From Pecten maximus (Eukaryota), in NCBI RefSeq assembly GCF_902652985.1, contig NC_047026.1:3410001-3474000 (forward strand): a stretch of DNA of 64,000 bases. The letters are read 5' to 3'. This document shows, piece after piece, positions 1-11,768 of the stretch; the first letter of the stretch is position 1; each line of letters opens with the position of its first letter. Both the position numbers and the translations under genes were made by a program. The notes under the pieces are model-generated. The model searched no databases and was not told the origin of the DNA. It saw only the letters and a list, made by a program, of their open reading frames with translations.

Positions 1-138
1 GTTTAGTCCTACCATTTCAAGCGTCTAAGTCACTCAGATGTCAACGCTCATGACAACTTCTAGGCCTACAGGAAAGTCCAGATTTCAGTGATTTTTAGTG
101 TGTTTTAGTGATTATGTATTAAAACAAGTATGAAAATG

Positions 139-366
139 TATATCATGGGTGTCTGAGCAATAGTCCAGAATATTTGAACCTCAGTACTGGTAATCGATGT
201 TCTATTGCATTAAATTCGACCTTCGGCCTCGCCCAATAGCTCATCGGTCGATTACAAGTACAGTTGGGAGCAAACTAAACTTGGTACCAAGTGCACTTCG
301 TAGTGCACACGTAGTGAACACCTCGTGTCACATGTCCTGGACTACTGCATAGACACCCATCATATA
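139..366. mobile_element. Small palindromic (foldback) MITE-like element, superfamily unresolved
   Basis: Outer inverted repeat tatatcatgggtgtctgagcaatagtccagaa (139-170) matches the reverse complement of 335-366 at 27/32. A second nested inverted repeat pairs ~179-197 (cctcagtactggtaatcga) with ~248-267 (tcgattacaagtacagttgg). No coding capacity. Confidence 0.6.
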
Positions 367-631
367 TTTGTTTAATATATAATATGCAATTTACTACCAA
401 ATCCGGACTCTTCTTGACGTTAAACGCTCGTTTCGAAAAATCATTTCGCGACAATAGCCTTTAATTTTCGAAGGTAATATTGTTAATATTGTACATGCTG
501 TCCTATTTGAAATTCTAATTGCGCGATAAGATGTTTCCGGATTTAAGTAGTATTATCCTAAAATCAAAAGGGAACATGTGAAAATCTAAATATTAAATGT
601 TCGCTTAGAGGGGAAAAATAGAAACGACAAT

Positions 632-855
632 TTTAAACTTAATTCATCTTACAACAATTGCGAAATAAGTTAAAGGCCCAGATGGAAGCGCGCGAGGGTC
701 TTACTGTGGAAGGAAACCGGAGAACCCGGGGGAAACGTACAAATGTGTACGTGGTTGGCCAGGTGACACCGTACCCTTTCACGACCGATCAGGGAATCGA
801 ACCCCGACCGCCTTGGTGAAAGGCAAGTGCGTTACTACTGTGCCACTTAACCCCC
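632..855 (-). mobile_element. tRNA-derived SINE with V-domain-like core
   Basis: Minus strand reads a tRNA-like head with A box (gtggcacagtag) and B box (ggttcgattccc), then ccgggttctccggtttccttccac, the V-SINE-type core, then an AT-rich tail ending aagtttaaaa. The 3' boundary is approximate. Confidence 0.75.
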
Positions 856-1946
856 TAACAAGACATTTTATCGCGAAAACATGACTTTTTATTGCGACAT
901 TCTGTACAGTGTTCAAATTGACATATCGTCGCATTGTCGTGGTTTGAAGTTACATGTAGATCTATAGAATGGCAACACGAGGTAGATGAACATACTCAGC
1001 CATTATTTTGGAAGCAGAGTGATTCTCATCCTATTTTCGACTGTGTCAAGCGGACTAATCTTATAAAATAGAAGATAGGCCGATAGTGTGTTATCATTAA
1101 AAATAACCAGCGATGCCAGAGAGATGAGGAAAAATAACTTCCCAATCGCCTTGACTATCTCAAATTAGCCCAAAGTGAATTTCTCATGAGGACAGCGCCG
1201 GGTTGAATAAACACACAGCCACTTCCCTCAGGCTTCAGTGACAGACTCTGTAACACTATCATTTCTAGTGTTTGCTTCAGTTGGCCTCTGGAATCAAGTC
1301 TTCCGATTTTAAAATTTCTACATGTCAGATTTTTCTATGAGCTTGAAATGGAACACTTTGTTGTCGTTGCCGATTTGCCCGGTGGCTTGCTGTTTTTTCA
1401 TTTGACTATCTAAAGTAGCATCTTTGAAGACATTTGCAGAACGATTAGATTACATGTCGGGAACTCTTCCTAACCTTGAGAATGGAAGAATGCTCATTCT
1501 TTTGAGCAATTTTAATGTTATCTTATCAAGTTACAGAACTCCTCGGCGGTGATACCAGCTTTATTATGCTTAAAAGCATTTAATTAATTATCGGGAGTTC
1601 GGATGCTTTTAGAACAAGCAGTTTATACTGGAAGATGATATGGCCAAATTACCCTCTCCGCGCGAGTTTATGTACATATACTAATACGTACACTTGAAAT
1701 GAACAACGCCATTGAAAGACTGACAAAATTGGACAGAGTTGGTCGATTTCGTTTTTCTTTGCACTTAAGAACAGGAAAAAAGATTCATGTTCAAATAATG
1801 GCCGTTTTATGTAACGATATCGGAGGTTATCTGCAAACATCACAAGAAAGAATTTTGAACTCTCACTAATTCATTTATTCGTCTAATAGTTTTTCGCTCG
1901 GCCAATTTCACGAAACAATGAATTAAATTCCTATCAAAATTGCCGT

Positions 1947-2160
1947 CAGTGAGTTCAAATTCAAACCATTTAAACGAAAATTAGAATTTTGAAGAAAAAA
2001 AATCAACAAAAACAACAAAACAATTGATAAAAACATGTTCTGTTACGATCAGTCAGTGAGTTCAAATTCAAACTATTTAAACTAAAATTAGAATTTTAAA
2101 GAAAAAAATCAATCAATCAAACAAACAAACAAATTTATAATAACATGTTCTGTTGCGATA
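1947..2160. repeat. Tandem duplication, ~107-bp unit x2
   Basis: cagtgagttcaaattcaaac...aaaattagaatttt...aacatgttctgtt occurs at ~1947 and again at ~2054. Confidence 0.85.
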
Positions 2161-2602
2161 TTCTGTTTTCGATATTCTGCATTAATCAGCAAATTAACTG
2201 TTTGAGTTAGCTATCCCAGTAACATCAGATTAAATGGCGCGCATACCAAAGTTAGATTTACATTAAATCCTGATCTGCGTTTATTTGTAACCAAGCTGTA
2301 CAAACATCTGTGCATTTTATCATATTGAAAATTTATTATTTCAAAGGCGAAATATACTTGAGACAAGTTTGAATTGTTACGAGATACTATTGCTGTTCTA
2401 TTGAATTGGCACCCCACTCGGAACGAATCTTTTGATGTTCATCGTTATCCTGCCGTGTTCTGAAACATGTCGCTTGTGTAAATAAAAATAAAACAAATAC
2501 TTACATCATTCAAAATAACATTTATATCCGAGCGTATTTGTTTTGTAGAATTGCTAGTGCACTGTTAGCATATGTTGGGATGAAAGAGTGTGACAAAAAA
2601 GA

Positions 2603-2638
<36 letters not shown>

Positions 2639-2690
2639 TAAACATAAATTTCATCCCCTGCTACCTTTTTTTTATCCACTTATGACGAGT

Positions 2691-2865
2691 TAGACTGGCA
2701 ACCAGACCCCAAGTTCTTTTTTCCTAAGAATTGCCAAGCTAAATTCTAATACTAGATTATCTGTCCCTAGTTTCAAACTTAGAATCAGACATATCCTAAG
2801 GACCAAAATCATAAAGCTCAATTTAATTCAAAATTTTAATATTCTAGAGACAGGGGGTCAGTCTA
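2691..2865. mobile_element. Non-autonomous Academ (AcademH-type) MITE, 175 bp
   Basis: Termini are TAGACTG...CAGTCTA (7-bp perfect TIR). A perfect 9-bp direct repeat, atgacgagt, flanks it at 2682-2690 and 2866-2874. TAG..CTA ends with 9-10-bp TSDs are characteristic of AcademH. Confidence 0.75.
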
Positions 2866-2929
2866 ATGACGAGTCGGCAAGGGATCATTTAAATTAAATA
2901 CGTGTATGACCAAACGACGGCCTTGCAAG

Positions 2930-3440
2930 GGTCAAAATTAAGGCTACTGATACTATAAATAGATTTCGACAGCCTCCCTTTCCCGACTTCATTAATGAAT
3001 CCATTTTCCCGAATCTTACATTTACTCACAACCACCATCTCTTGTATGGTAGTGTATCGTTTTCCTCACTTATAAGCATAATCTGTTTTACGAACTGGTG
3101 TTTCAACAACCTGGGATCAAAATTGAGGTCAATGTTACTATAAATAAGTTTCCAATCTCCTCGCTCTACTGACTTCATTAATTATTGGAATGCCCTGAAA
3201 CTTCATTCACTTAGACAATCATCTGTTGCACCAGTTGATGTTTCAATAATGTTTTCTCAAAATTGACTTAGAGGTCACTGTTACTGAAAATAAACTTTAA
3301 TCTTGAAATCTTGGTTAGCTCTACTAACTTCAATAATTATCTGATTGCTTTGAAACTTCATACGGTCACTTTTTTATGAGCTCATTCTAAAACAACATGG
3401 GCTCAAAATTGAGGTCACTGATACTATAAATAGATTTTCG
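2930..3440. repeat. Degenerate ~140-185-bp tandem repeat x4, resembling mollusc Helentron/pearl-associated core repeats
   Basis: A tcaaaattgaggtcactgttactataaata-like block recurs at ~2932, 3117, 3257 and 3403, with gacttcatta and gaaacttcat sub-motifs. The family assignment is from recollection, not a search. Confidence 0.55.
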
Positions 3441-3944
3441 AAATAAGTGATTGTTTTTGGCCCTTAGTTTTGCTTAGTTTATATCATATAGTCGTATTCA
3501 TGAAAAAGACTTATTTACGTTTGGTTGTACTTCGATTAATCGAATAAAAATGCGGTCCATGAACTTATCTTTTATAGTTATGTTGTGAGTTTAAAAAACC
3601 TTTTTTCTATTTTTTATCTAAATGTCAACACTTTGCTCTCGCACGTTCATTCGCGTACGACAATACGTCCTTATCTGTTAAATCTGCAGCTGACATCGTG
3701 TCCGGTGTTCCTGGGGATGCACGTCTGTCTGATAATGGACGTATCACTGCGGGTGCACGTGAACGTCAATTTTAGCAAAATAGGCAAAAAACGTAGATTA
3801 CATGTACTTATAAGAATAACGTGCGAATACAATGCGTTCAAAGATCACGTGGGCTCCGGCCACTTCCCAATAGGGTGCCATATACATGACAGTTGTAAAG
3901 GAAATCGAGGATGCAGAAGTGGAATCTATGGTGTTCTATCGCTC

Positions 3945-4385
3945 ATTCACCATCGTGTTTTCGCTCCTTCGCCATCTTGTTTTCGCTCCCTCGGCATCTT
4001 GTTTTCGCTCCTTCGCCATCGTATTTTCGCTCCTTTGCTCCTTAGCCATCGTGTTTTCGCTCCTTAGCCATTGTGTTCCCGCTCCTTCGCCATCGTATTT
4101 TCGCCCCTTCGCTTCTTCGCTCCTTCGCCATCTTGTTTTCGCTCCCTCGGCATCTTGTTTTCGCTCCTTCGCCATCGTATTTTCGCTCCTTTGCTCCTTA
4201 GCCATCGTGTTTTCGCTCCTTAGCCATTGTGTTCCCGCTCCTTCGCCATCGTATTTTCGCCCCTTCGCTTCTTCGCTCCTTCGCCATCTTGTTTTCGCTC
4301 CTTCGCTCCTTCGCCTCTTCGCTCCTTCGCCATCGTATTTTCGCCCCTTCGCCATCGTATTTTCGCTCCTTCGCTTCTTCGCTAT
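3945..4385. repeat. ~22-bp minisatellite (tcgctccttcgccatcgtattt) with a 156-bp higher-order duplication
   Basis: Units are directly visible. The diagnostic variant tcggcatc at 3991 and 4147 defines the 156-bp duplication. This explains the overlapping ORFs 3886-4416 and 3936-4406. Confidence 0.9.
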
Positions 4386-4693
4386 TTCAACCAGGGATCT
4401 CGGCACTACAAACTAGTTGTGATCACCGGTTATAGGTCTAGATTATTCCATGATTAAATTATTGGCGACTTTTTGGTTTTTATTTTCCTATTTTGCCGAC
4501 AATGAACATACTGTATTGGCCTGTAGTTTGCGGTGGATGAATGGTTGTCCTTGCAGGCAAATTCAGGTTTTGAACAAGGGACTCGTGCGTTTATAGAGAA
4601 AATGGCTTGTATATATGTTAGGGAAAATATGGCATGTAGACAAAAAATACAGGATTAGTATTTTTTAAAAATGGAGGCGCACATATGTGTGTT

Positions 4694-5285
4694 TCAATTC
4701 AATTCAAATTTATTCCGTAAGTTTTACAACTTATTGGATAACATAATATACATTTGTACATATATTTAAGGACAAAGGCACCCACTCTTACATAATTCAT
4801 CATTCATTCTACAAAATGGTACGTACTGTCTTCACATACATTTAAAGTCAACAAAAATAATTCTTACAACCATCTTAAAGAACAATGACAATTAATATAT
4901 TTAAAAATGAATATATTCATATTAAAATTTGATAACAAGTCTTTCCTGCGTTTATTTCATAGAGAGTTGCAAGTCAGATGCACTGTTAAAGGATATAAGG
5001 TAACTTTGGGGAATAGGAATGTTTTGTGTTTATAGATATTGATTATTTGTTCTATCAAAAACCGTAAATGATATATTGTTTATACTTAAATAGACTTTGA
5101 ATATGCATGTATGATGTATCTTCAGGGATAATGTTTGTACGTTTATGTAGAAATAAACGCATGGGCTTCTGTGCGGTATTTCTATCCAGTCACCTGATTT
5201 AACGTCTTTGATAAAAGTTTTGATGGACAAAAGGTTTATGATTAAAATGAGGTTATGTAAAGTTTTAGAGTCGGAGAACAAACAT
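4694..5285 (-). mobile_element. Old non-LTR retrotransposon 3' end (possibly RTE-X-like)
   Basis: Minus strand ends with a hairpin (tccaataagtt-gtaa-aacttacgga), AATAAA and a (ttgaa)3 tail. The upstream translation KSGDWIEIPHRSPC weakly resembles the ETGRW..IP..ER.C C-terminal motif of LINE ORF2. The 5' extent is uncertain. Confidence 0.4.
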
Positions 5286-5324
5286 ATTCATGAATAATGG
5301 AATTGTGATTGAGGTGAGTGAAGG

Positions 5325-5712
5325 TATACGCGCCCTTCAGCTGAGCGCTTTATGAGAACCAAGGTACATATATACATGCATGAACCTTTTTGAAAAATGA
5401 AGTTAGTTTTTTTTTTAAGAATTTGGGTTTTGTGATTACATAGGCGTATAGGGAATGTGTGCCCTTAATAAGATTCGAGATGTATTTTAATTGAGACATA
5501 TGCGCCTTTATGAATGGAATCATGCCTTTGTTAAGAATGTAGATTTTATGCTCGCAGATAATTATGGTATGTACGCCCTTAATTGAGGTGTGCGATTAAA
5601 GAGAAATACAGCATATGCGCCTTTAAGAAGAATGCAATTATACCTTTGGTGAGGATGGGAGTTTGTGGCTGCAGTTACTCATACAGATAAGAAGTAAAAC
5701 TGCCTTTAAAGA
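5325..5712. repeat. Highly degenerate minisatellite with recurring atgcgcc(c/t)tt(t)aa motif
   Basis: About 10 diverged copies of the motif at irregular spacing. Confidence 0.5.
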
Positions 5713-7387
5713 GACCCGAAGTATCCCTTACAATATAAAATAATATACACGTACCGGGACCCATCCCAGAATTAAACATGATCGCGTGTACTTTGATGCA
5801 TGTACATATACATGCACGTGAGATAGCGCGGTCTGATTGGCTTACAGTTATGGGACCGATAAGACGATAAGCTTACCGCCATGGACTGTTTACGGCACGT
5901 GCGTAACATATATTTGGACAAGTTATGTTCGTTGACTGGTTTTATAAAGTAAGAATGGATAACCTTGGCGGCCCCAATAAATTCCGGACAAAAACATCAA
6001 ACCTGCCGTTAGTTACGACTTCCGTAGTGAAACGGAGAGCTTTACATTCACATGTGGCAATATAGAGCGGTTTGTGTTTTTCTCATTATCGCATGTCGAG
6101 AATTTTTTCAGTCGTTTATTATAAACAGTTTCCAAGCACTGTTTTGAGATGAAAATGACATGTTTTAAACGTTTATGGTTATTTACAAATATTTTATAGA
6201 AAGCTGAAGAGGCCCCACGTGAAAAGAGCGCGTGGAGTCCCAAGTTCGACTAGGTTGTACATAAGTTACACAGGAAACACTTTGATTGTGTCATTAAATC
6301 AATTAGCTAATATCTATGGTCTTCAAGATGCTTTAATTTTGTTTGTAAAAGAAAAACCAACCAGGCGGTATAACATATCCGGAAAGGTAATCCGTACCTG
6401 ATCATGCGTATCATCTATTACCAGGCTCTGATAAACTTCATTAATTGTGCTTGTGCAAATTCTGGCTACGTAGCAGTGAGCGTGAAGGAATAAGTTGTAA
6501 CTCTAGTCTAAACATGTCAATCAACCAACCATGTTCTGAGCTTCTGAGAATACTGGGTCCACGGAGAACACACCCGCTTAGACTACAGAGCCTGGGGCTT
6601 GTTTAAGCAATTATGTAGAAAAAAAAGTACGATAAATATTGTCTGTGTGCCCCCTGAGAACGCCACGGACTTATCTCTGGTAATTGGGAGGAAATATACG
6701 ACAGTCTGCACCTGATACAACGAGTTTTGCGGACCATTTTCTATAGACCTCACCGTCATCCGCTCCGCTCGTTAGTAAACGAGTTCTCCATCCGTCACTC
6801 TTCAACTGGTTATGGGAGGTGATTAAATGTAAGGAGAATGCTCGTTGGTGTGGTAGGATCCGTCAGCACGATTTGAAATACACACCTGCCGTACGCGTTC
6901 CTTTGCATGCAATTGGAAGTACTGTACTTAAATTTTACAAAATTCCAATAAATCTACAAATCAGTTGCTTATGTACGTCAATGTAAAAAAAATATGGAGA
7001 AATGAACAAAATTAAAAAAAAAAAATTCTGCACAATTCCAAAAACTGAGGATTGTATATTTGCATTATAAATATAACTATAAACATCATTATCATTTTTT
7101 TCTATGAGAATGATTGATAGCTTTGAATACAGCTATGAAAAATGTACTTAGAAAATTAAGAACACGTGCACCAAATTCGAAGGAGTACAGCCTATAGGTA
7201 TGGATGAGGACTTATTTTCTTGCTTGACTGTGATTTTCTGAGAGAGTACCCAGTCTCCAGTCTCGAGGAGAAAATGAAGCATATGAAATGTAAGAAATTT
7301 TAAATTCCTACATATATTTAGGAGACAATCGCAAAATGTCGGCAAATTTCGTCTAGACTCTGAATATTCGGACTTTGACAAAATTAA

Positions 7388-8235
7388 ACGGTGCTGATTA
7401 AGGACATGTCGCCATGCTGAGAACGACAGTGTGCCATGTGAAGAGCGACAGTGCGCCATGTGAAGAGCGACAGTGCGCCATGCGAAGAGAGACAGTGCGC
7501 CATGAGAAGAACGACAGTGCGCCATGTGAAGAGAGACAGTGCGCCATGCGAAGAACAACAGTGATGTGAAGAGTAACTGAGCGCCATGCAATGGGTGACA
7601 GTACTCCATGCGAAGGGCTATAGTGCGCCGTGTGATGAGTGACAGTGCGCCATGTGAAGAGAGACAGTGTGCCATGCGAAGAGTGACTGAGCGCCATGCA
7701 ATGGGTGACAGTGCCCCATGCGAAGGGCGACAGTGCGCGATGTGATGAGTGACAGTGCGCCAAGTGAAGAGAGACAGTGCGCCATGTGAAGAGAGACAGT
7801 GCGCCATGTGAAGAGAGACAGTGCGCCATGTGATGAGTGACAGTGCGCCATGTGAAGAGAGACAGTGCGCCATGTGATGAGTGACATTGCGCCATGCGAT
7901 GAGTGACAGTGCCCCATGCGAAGGGCGACAGTGCTCCATGCGATGAGCGACATTGCGCCATGCGAAGAACGACAGTGTTCCGTGCGAAGAGCGACATTGC
8001 CCCATGTTATGAGCGACAGTGCCCCATGCAATGAACGACATTACCCCCATGCGAAGAGCGACAGTGCGCCATGTTAAGAGCGACGCGACAAAAGTACTCC
8101 GCCAACACGGAAGGCGACAGATTGTTTCCCACTGTCGCATAATTTTGTCGTATGGCGCATTGTCGCTCTTCGCATTGCCACATTGTCGCGTTGGCGGGGG
8201 CGGCAGAGCAACGTGGCCGAAATCAGCCACCACTA
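7388..8235. mobile_element. Foldback-type element carrying a 22-bp tandem array (gacagtgcgccatgtgaagaga, ~30 copies, 7425-8085)
   Basis: The period is 22 bp (gcgccatg at 7801, 7823, 7845). The unit reappears inverted at 8152-8175 (23/24 match to the reverse complement of 8049-8072). There is a weak terminal IR, ggtg-ctgatt (7390) vs aatcagccacc (8221). The array is certain; element status is inferred. Confidence 0.6.
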
Positions 8236-8944
8236 CGTGGCGAAGTTGACCAACACGTTACACAAAGGAAACTTATTTATCTTAAGATTATTAATTTTAA
8301 AAGACACACAAATATGACACATTGAGAACATGCACTAAAGCGATAAAAACATGTTTAAACTGTTGACATAGAGCTTGACCGGATACAAAAATAAGATTTC
8401 TGACTAAGCTTTATTTGTCTTTGCGTACACACCGAAATATTAAAAGATCATCATTCTGACAACCTCAACCCAGACGGAAACGAACATGCACGCTTTCCAT
8501 GTTTTTCATTTTTAATGCACGATAAGCTATTCATTTTAACTTAAAGTCGTTATCTGACGTCCATAAAACATCATAAACACTAAATACTTATATAATTATT
8601 CGAGAATCCTGTATTTATGTTGTTGAGTCCAAAACAAAATCTGTACTTCCAATGTACACTCCAATATCCATTAGAAAAGCGCGCCGCAGCATCTTTGACG
8701 ACTTTTTGGAATTCCGGAAGGATTTATTTTCACATATTCAAAAAAGTCTTAGATAAGATATTTATATAAATAAAGCAACATAAAATCATTGTTATTTCGG
8801 TTGGACAAATTGCTTGTTTGCTTTTTAGGTTTTTGTTTTGATTTCTTTCTTTTTTTTTCTTCCTTTTTTTGTGTTTTGTTGTTTTTCCCCCGGTTATGCA
8901 TAATAAAATATTATTCACTAATGACAAAAAAAGCAATTACTTTT

Positions 8945-9180
8945 TAGTTTAGTTTAAACATATTTTATTGCCAATAACAGCAAAAGGATTGGGCACAAGT
9001 TACAAGAACATTATAAACACCCGTCACCTATGTATACATCATAAGATGGTTAAAGAAATTAATAAGTATGTACAATATTATTGGATGAGAAAAAGAAAAG
9101 GAATGAGAGTGAAGGAGGGAGGGATTATGCTATTAAATGGACTAAAAGAAAAAATGAACTTTTTAAAGCACATGAATAAG
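8945..9180 (-). mobile_element. Orphan 3' end of a CR1-clade LINE related to the element at 28172-31231
   Basis: tttagtttaaacatattttattg and ggattgggcacaagtt are identical to the terminal segment of the LINE at 28171-28227. The 5' extent is approximate. Confidence 0.75.
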
Positions 9181-9186
9181 AATACT

Positions 9187-9217
<31 letters not shown>

Positions 9218-10699
9218 CATTATCGTCAGAATGACTATATGGTCCTATCCGACAGCTGTGCTGGAAATAAGGTTACTTTTCTTTCCTTCACACTTTCTGT
9301 ATTTTCGGTATATCTCCCTCGCTACGCATGATTAACGAGAGGATAACACGAGTCTATATACAAAAAAAAACCGCGGCGTGTGAGTCAGCTTACAAGATTA
9401 AAAAATACAAAACCTCATTTATAAATCTTGATATAATTAATTTTAGGACTTCAGATTATTTGATTTACATCATATTTATGTTGACAAAGGACATGGCGCG
9501 GTGCGTCATAGTGCAACAAGACGGAGGACCGCTTCTGGGCAGGAATGTGATGTGTTTTGTGTGAAAAATGAGGTTGGTGTCCGCTTACGGTAGTAGTTTT
9601 AGGCATTTTAAAAATGTTCAACGGCAAAGTTTATACCTAAAATAGCAGTGTTTTGTTTAAAATCTAATTGTGTTTGAGCTATTGAATTTATGTCATTATA
9701 CATCTATTCCAAGGTTAGATTTTTCGGAAACTTGTGCGTTTTACCCAAGAGTACGAGACAAGAGGCTGTCCACTCTTGTAATTAACAAAAATTAACAAAA
9801 TCCACTTTCGTAACTACAAACTTTATTTACAATAGGATTGCATGGAAATTGACGATTATCAAATAATCAAGAAATGACATTAAATTACCAAAACCTTCCT
9901 TAAAACAAAAACAAAAGCGGATATTCAGAAGAAAGGTTCAGTTAATCTGAGAGATCCAAAACGTATTTAAGGAATCTAATTTTATGTAATACTTTTATTT
10001 ATCTATTTATTTATTTTATTTTATTTTATTCATTTATTTATTTATCTTAATGACTTGATATAGGTAATTTTCTTTCCTTATCTGACGTTAAAGCTGCTTA
10101 CACCAGGTCTTTTTTTATCTATATATCTATATTACACCGCCATCAATTTGTTATCGGAGAATTAACTACTGTGGTCAGACAAGGTCAGGCAAGGCCAGGA
10201 GAGGTCGGGATCGGAAGTGGTAGTCTCGGAAGGTCCGGTACAGGCTTGGGGACCTCCGGGCTAACACTGGAAGTTTATTTCTGTCTACTGCCCTCTAGAC
10301 GTATACTGAACGTCAATTTCCCTGATAGCACGACTTAAAAGGTAAACTCACGAAAGTGCATCGTCCCTGAAGTGCGAGTGAAGTTTTGCTTATATCTCAC
10401 AACTTAAGTGCGAAGAGCACGAACTAGCCTTGCAATTGAAGCCACAGCACGGGCTTTCTCAGGTTTTCTAATACGAGTTCGTTTATTAGTTGTTAATTAG
10501 TTTAATTCATAGCAATAGAAAAAGTGTTGGCAAAGGTATAGGGAAAAAACGATAACACAATTATAAAATTACACGCTTGGTAAGTAAATTAATCTTTCCA
10601 ATAAATTTTGCCATTCCCTCTTTTGAACTTCTTTGGTCATTCTCTCTGAAAAAAACCCATGTGGCGCGCTTTCAACATTCTCTCATACATAAAGTGCTT

Positions 10700-10895
10700 T
10701 CGTCAACATCTCATTTGAAAGTACACATGAAGCGCTTTTGACATTCTCTTTTGAAGCACACTTGAACTGCCTTCAACATCTCTCTTTTGAAGCACACTTT
10801 AACTGCCTTCAACATCTCTCTTTTGAGAACACTTGAACTGCCTTCGACACACTTTAACTGCTTTTGTCATTCTCTAGTACACATCAACTGCTTTC
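10700..10895. repeat. Degenerate ~36-bp minisatellite (ttttgaagcacacttgaactgccttcaacatctctc)
   Basis: Three near-identical units at ~10749-10860 with diverged flanking units. Confidence 0.75.
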
Positions 10896-11074
10896 ATCAT
10901 TTACGTTTAATTTGAAAATCAACCACTGTTTCATTTAAATAAAATAAAAAAGATGATATAATAATAGCGATTCGGATATTAAAATACCGACAAAATGTAC
11001 ACAAGAGTCAAAAATACATTAATGTCTGTATTTACAGATAAAGAAATGCGGAGTAATGAATAAAGAAAAGGTGA

Positions 11075-11768
11075 CTCAATAAAGTGTGGCTCAACAAAGT
11101 GTGGCTCAACAAAGTGTGGCTCAAAAAAGTGTGGGCCAACAAAGTGTGGCTCAACAAAGTGTGGCTCAACAAAGTGTGGCTCAACAAAGTGTGGCTCAAA
11201 AAAGTGTGGCTCAACAAAGTGTGGCTCAACAAAGTGTGGCTCAACAAAGTGTGGGCCAACAAAGTGTGGCTCAACAAAGTGTGGCTCAACAAAGTGTGGG
11301 CCAACAAAGTGTGGCTCAACAAAGTGTGGCTCAACAAAGTGTGGCTCAAAAAAGTGTGGCTCAACAAAGTGTGGGCCAACAAAGTATGGCTCAACAAAGT
11401 GTGGCTCAAAAAAGTGTGGCTCAACAAAGTGTGGCTCAACAAAGTGTGGGCCAACAAAGTGTCGCTCAACAAAGTGTGGGCCAACAAAGTGTGGCTCAAC
11501 AAAGTGTGGACCAACAAAGTGTGGCTCAACAAAAGTGTGGCTCAACAAAGTGTGGACCAACAAAGTGTGGACCAACAAAGTGTGGCTCAACAAAGTGTGA
11601 CTCACTAAAGTTCGACTCAACATGTGACTCAATAAGATGTGACTCACCAAAGTGTGACTCCATAAACTGTGGCTCACCAAAGTGTGTGTCAACAAAGTGT
11701 GAGTCCATAAACTGTGGCTCAACAAAGTGTGACTCACCAAAGCCGTTGTGGCTCACCAAAGTGTGGTA
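11075..11768. repeat. 15-bp minisatellite (caacaaagtgtggct), ~45 copies
   Basis: Direct inspection. Variants are ggctca, gggcca and ggacca; the right end degenerates. It generates spurious pentapeptide ORFs on both strands. Confidence 0.97.

Noticed and set aside
3585-4457. Overlapping ORFs of 68-176 aa on both strands
   Set aside because: They are translations of the 22-bp minisatellite, open in several frames at once, with no domain signature.
6735-6985. Possible exon after ttttctatag with an open frame of ~80 codons
   Set aside because: No recognisable homology or clear donor site; compatible with chance.
7148-8249. 361-aa His/Cys-rich ORF and companions
   Set aside because: The 22-bp period cycles the same three peptides through all minus-strand frames; a repeat artefact.
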